Below are positions 15,975 to 18,608 of a stretch of DNA of 18,608 nucleotides, piece by piece (within the stretch, counting starts at the first letter, position 1; the number at the start of each line of letters is the position of its first letter). The translations under genes were made by a program, and so were the position numbers. The stretch is from Pseudobacteriovorax sp. (GTDB lineage Bacteria; Bdellovibrionota_B; Oligoflexia; Oligoflexales; Oligoflexaceae), in NCBI GenBank assembly GCA_050293845.1, contig JBNKNM010000103.1:1-18608 (forward strand), given 5' to 3'. The notes below the pieces were generated by a model, which saw only the letters and a program-made list of their open reading frames with translations, ran no database searches and had not been told where the DNA came from.

Positions 15975-17255
15975 TTAACCAAGAAATCCACGGAGCAAGC
16001 TTGCTTTGTAGACTCTTTCCAAAGCAATGCAATAAGCAGCTGTTCTATAATCAACCTGTAGCTGCCGATGTTTTTCTGAAGTCTTTTTCCAAGCAGCTTT
16101 GAGCTTGTCTTCAAACTTTTTACTAACATCTTCTTCGTCCCATTGCATACGCTGTAAATTTTGCACCCATTCAAAATAGCTCGCTAACACTCCACCGGCG
16201 TTCGCTAAGATATCGGGAACGACACAAATATGCTTTTCTGTAAGAATACGGTGAGCCCTTGGTGTGACAGGGTTATTGGCACCTTCAACAACTAGTCTTG
16301 CCTTTATATTATCAGCGTTATTTTCCGTAATTGAGTCGCCGAGAGCAGCAGGGATCAAAACGTCACATGGCTGTTCGAGCAGATCTGTGTTTGAAAGTTT
16401 CTCAACCTTAGTCGGCTCATATTCCGAAAATTTGCCCCCTTCAGTTTTAAATTTAAGGAGGTTTTGTAAATCCAATCCTGCAGAGTTATAAATCGCACCA
16501 CTGCTATCGCTAACTCCTACAATAACGGCACCATTTTTTGCTAAATGTCTTGCTGCGTGCGAACCGACGTTGCCAAAACCCTGAATAATAATTTTGGCCC
16601 CTTGAAAGCTAAGGTCAATAGCTTCTCCAGCCCATTTTGTATTTAGATACACACCTTTCCCTGTGGCTTCTTCTCTTCCGTATGACCCCCAAAGTTCAAT
16701 GGGCTTGCCGGTAACCGCAGCTGGTTCTTCGCCGTGAAACTTCGAATATTCTTCATATATCCAAGCCATGATCTGTGCATTTGTTCCCATATCCGGGGCA
16801 GGTATGTCGGATTTTGGCCCAATAATATCAATCATCCTCTCCACATAATTTTTGGTTAAAGACTCCAGCTCTCCTTGCGAGAGTTGCTTAGGATCACAAA
16901 CAATACCTCCTTTAGCTCCCCCGAACGGAATATCCATCAAAGCACACTTCCACGTCATTAGAGATGCCATAGTTCGGAAGTGATCGATGTCGACATCTGG
17001 GTGAAATCGTAACCCACCTTTGTATGGGCCTAGTGCATTGTTGTGTTGCACACGAAAAGCTTCGAAAACTGAGACTCCATCACCTACAGTAGATGGGAGT
17101 TCGATGCGAATTTCTCGTTTTGACAAAGTTAGGAATTTTTGCGCATCTTCAGAAATCTCTGGAAGTAATGCGAATGCAGCTGCTAAATGACTATCATCGT
17201 CATTAGAGCCCCCATTTTCATGATGTTTTCGTAAAAACGGAAGATGAAATTTCAT
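15975..17255 (-). CDS. gdhA: Glu/Leu/Phe/Val dehydrogenase family, most likely glutamate dehydrogenase
   Basis: RVQHNNALGPYKGGLRF, MTWKCA, FGGAKGG, DIPAPDMGT, QGFGNVG, EGANNP and PDILANAGGV..SYFEWVQN. Start moved to ATG at 17255. Confidence 0.95.
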   Translation of the reverse strand: MKFHLPFLRKHHENGGSNDDDSHLAAAFALLPEISEDAQKFLTLSKREIRIELPSTVGDGVSVFEAFRVQHNNALGPYKGGLRFHPDVDIDHFRTMASLMTWKCALMDIPFGGAKGGIVCDPKQLSQGELESLTKNYVERMIDIIGPKSDIPAPDMGTNAQIMAWIYEEYSKFHGEEPAAVTGKPIELWGSYGREEATGKGVYLNTKWAGEAIDLSFQGAKIIIQGFGNVGSHAARHLAKNGAVIVGVSDSSGAIYNSAGLDLQNLLKFKTEGGKFSEYEPTKVEKLSNTDLLEQPCDVLIPAALGDSITENNADNIKARLVVEGANNPVTPRAHRILTEKHICVVPDILANAGGVLASYFEWVQNLQRMQWDEEDVSKKFEDKLKAAWKKTSEKHRQLQVDYRTAAYCIALERVYKASLLRGFLG

Positions 17256-17324
17256 TTTTTTTCCATATGATTTATTCTTTTTTTGCTTTCTTACTCTTAA
17301 AGAAGAAAAGCTAAAAAGTGCATC

Positions 17325-17368
17325 TTTACCAACCACCAAAAGGTAGCACCTATTTGGTGGTTGGTAAA
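17325..17368. repeat. Long inverted repeat (16-bp perfect arms)
   Basis: TTTACCAACCACCAAA-AGGT-AGC-ACCT-A-TTTGGTGGTTGGTAAA. Confidence 0.85.
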
Positions 17369-17636
17369 CGTCAAAAGAAACTTGTTAGGCCTGTCCTAAG
17401 TAAAAATAATTTGTTCCAATAGCCATGTCATAAAACTCCCAACGGTAATGGTATCCTATATTTGATCGATAAAAGCCTCGTTCTTTAGCTTAAACATGTC
17501 CACTCTAGCTTGACATGCATAAAACCCTGCTCTCGAGTTAGCAGTCACTTCTATACTGCAGCGTACTCTGGTATGTGAGCTTCCATGGGACGTGTTATTG
17601 TCCCTCTCGTTTTACACTAAATGATATACCGCTCGT

Positions 17637-18326
17637 TTAAGTATAGGGAAGCTTAGTTACCTTTAATTCTTCTTTTGCTGTAAATCCAACAAGCAATTTT
17701 AAAAAATACACTGGAATTAACCATTGAAACCCAGCGGGAGGTGACAGCAACATCCCCAAGAATACAATACCGACCACCTCAATTATGGCGATTGTTCGTT
17801 GAAAAGATAGAGGTATATTTATCAGAGTGATTGTTGAAACAATTAGAAATGCATAAACAGTCATCCCAAAAATCTGATAATCCGCAGGTATATCAGTAAC
17901 AAAAAAAGATATCATCATAAGAAATATTGCTACTGAAATTTCGAATACTATCACCAACTTTTGCCCTCTTTCTCCAAACTTCCGTCGTCCATTGCTGGGA
18001 TTTATTTCCAAGAATTCCACATAAAGAATAAAGCTTAAAAACCAATACAATGTGACACTTAACAGCCAATAATCGTTATTGAAGAACATCAGCATTAATG
18101 GATGAATGTGCTGAAAATTATGGTGTAATGGTGGCAGTACGTTGTGTTCTTTTATACTTCTTATCTTTATCGCGATATGGTTGTAACCAATGACTCCTCC
18201 GCATAGATCCCATGCCATCAACCCAGCGGCTGTCATTTGAATCCAAGACCAGTCGAAATTTGCTATTTTTGCGTAAACAAGTAACCCTATAGCGAAAATA
18301 ATTGAAAATATGTAAGCGGTGATAAC
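17637..18326 (-). CDS. Uncharacterised multi-pass membrane protein, apparently 5'-truncated
   Basis: The frame continues 30 codons upstream of ATG 18236 as a hydrophobic helix (VITAYIFSIIFAIGLLVYAKIANFDWSWIQ) to an in-frame TAA at 18327-18329, with no ATG/GTG/TTG or RBS there. Contains WDLCGG and HIHP motifs. Confidence 0.7.
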   Translation of the reverse strand, partial: VITAYIFSIIFAIGLLVYAKIANFDWSWIQMTAAGLMAWDLCGGVIGYNHIAIKIRSIKEHNVLPPLHHNFQHIHPLMLMFFNNDYWLLSVTLYWFLSFILYVEFLEINPSNGRRKFGERGQKLVIVFEISVAIFLMMISFFVTDIPADYQIFGMTVYAFLIVSTITLINIPLSFQRTIAIIEVVGIVFLGMLLSPPAGFQWLIPVYFLKLLVGFTAKEELKVTKLPYT

Positions 18327-18558
18327 TTACCAATGTGTCCAACCAACCCCACAAGTCTGAATCCAGCTGCCGTATAAATAGCGCAAAATTGGGTTTTGGA
18401 TTAGGTTTTGATCAGTGTCTAGATTCATCTTTTTTCGTTTTTTTGTGCTTCAGCTTTTTATTGTCTTCCCCCATTTTTCTGTTTGATTTTTTATTGCTCT
18501 TCCTTTTCCCTTATTCTTTTTCACCTTTATTTTTTCTCTGTTTTTTGGTTCCTTTGGA

Positions 18559-18608
18559 TTTCATCTCTAGCCTATCCCAACTTGCTTGGGACTAAAAGGC
18601 TTGGTTGT
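18559..18608 (+). mobile_element. Sequence resembling the 3' terminus of plant RTE-clade LINE/SINE elements
   Basis: TTTCATCTCTAGCCTATCCCAACTTGCTTGGGACTAAAAGGCTTGGTTGT contains a stem-loop (AGCCT/AGGCT, TCCCAA/TTGGGA) leading into a GTT-repeat tail after a pyrimidine-rich tract. Recognised from memory of grass repeats; not searched. Confidence 0.6.

Noticed and set aside
6180..16831. Remaining short ORFs inside fabA, KS, trhA, cusB, cusA and gdhA
   Set aside because: Antisense or alternate-frame shadows of conserved genes.
17256..17339. Extended N-terminus of gdhA (and likewise 1995-2069 for GFA)
   Set aside because: The upstream starts lack an RBS, and the gdhA one lies in a hairpin; downstream ATGs fit better.
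18118..18354. 78-aa minus-strand ORF as a frameshifted N-terminus of the membrane protein
   Set aside because: The membrane-protein frame itself stays open and protein-like to 18326, so this overlapping frame adds nothing recognisable.
18335..18595. 86-aa Phe/Leu-rich ORF
   Set aside because: Artefact of a T/C-rich low-complexity tract with no RBS, inside the suspected non-bacterial tail.
1..18608. CRISPR array, rRNA or intact tRNA
   Set aside because: No regularly spaced repeats and no complete RNA gene signatures seen by eye.

Overview
An AT-rich bacterial segment; the gene families suggest Bdellovibrionota/Oligoflexia or a related deltaproteobacterial lineage, but that is inference only. 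It opens with the 3' part of an IS3-family element that appears to have inserted into the start of a minus-strand gene. A GFA-family gene and msrA follow. Next is a minus-strand putative copper-handling operon: a Cys/Pro-rich leader-like ORF, a structured ~200-nt spacer, a His-rich YtkA/FixH-like lipoprotein, a CxxC outer-membrane barrel and a CxxC thioredoxin-like protein. Then come fabA plus a ketosynthase, a degenerate tRNA-Thr 5' half, and a hemolysin-III/TrhA gene. An ECF sigma with a Cys/His-rich membrane partner is transcribed divergently from a CusCBA-type Cu(I)/Ag(I) RND pump, with two back-to-back matching TGTCACA-N16-CGTA promoters between them. The window ends with a glutamate dehydrogenase, a 5'-truncated membrane protein gene and a tail resembling the 3' end of a plant RTE-clade retroelement, probably a chimeric junction. 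The best candidate new systems are the ECF/anti-sigma-controlled Cus pump and the leader-peptide/RNA-controlled copper operon. No CRISPR array, rRNA or intact tRNA was seen.
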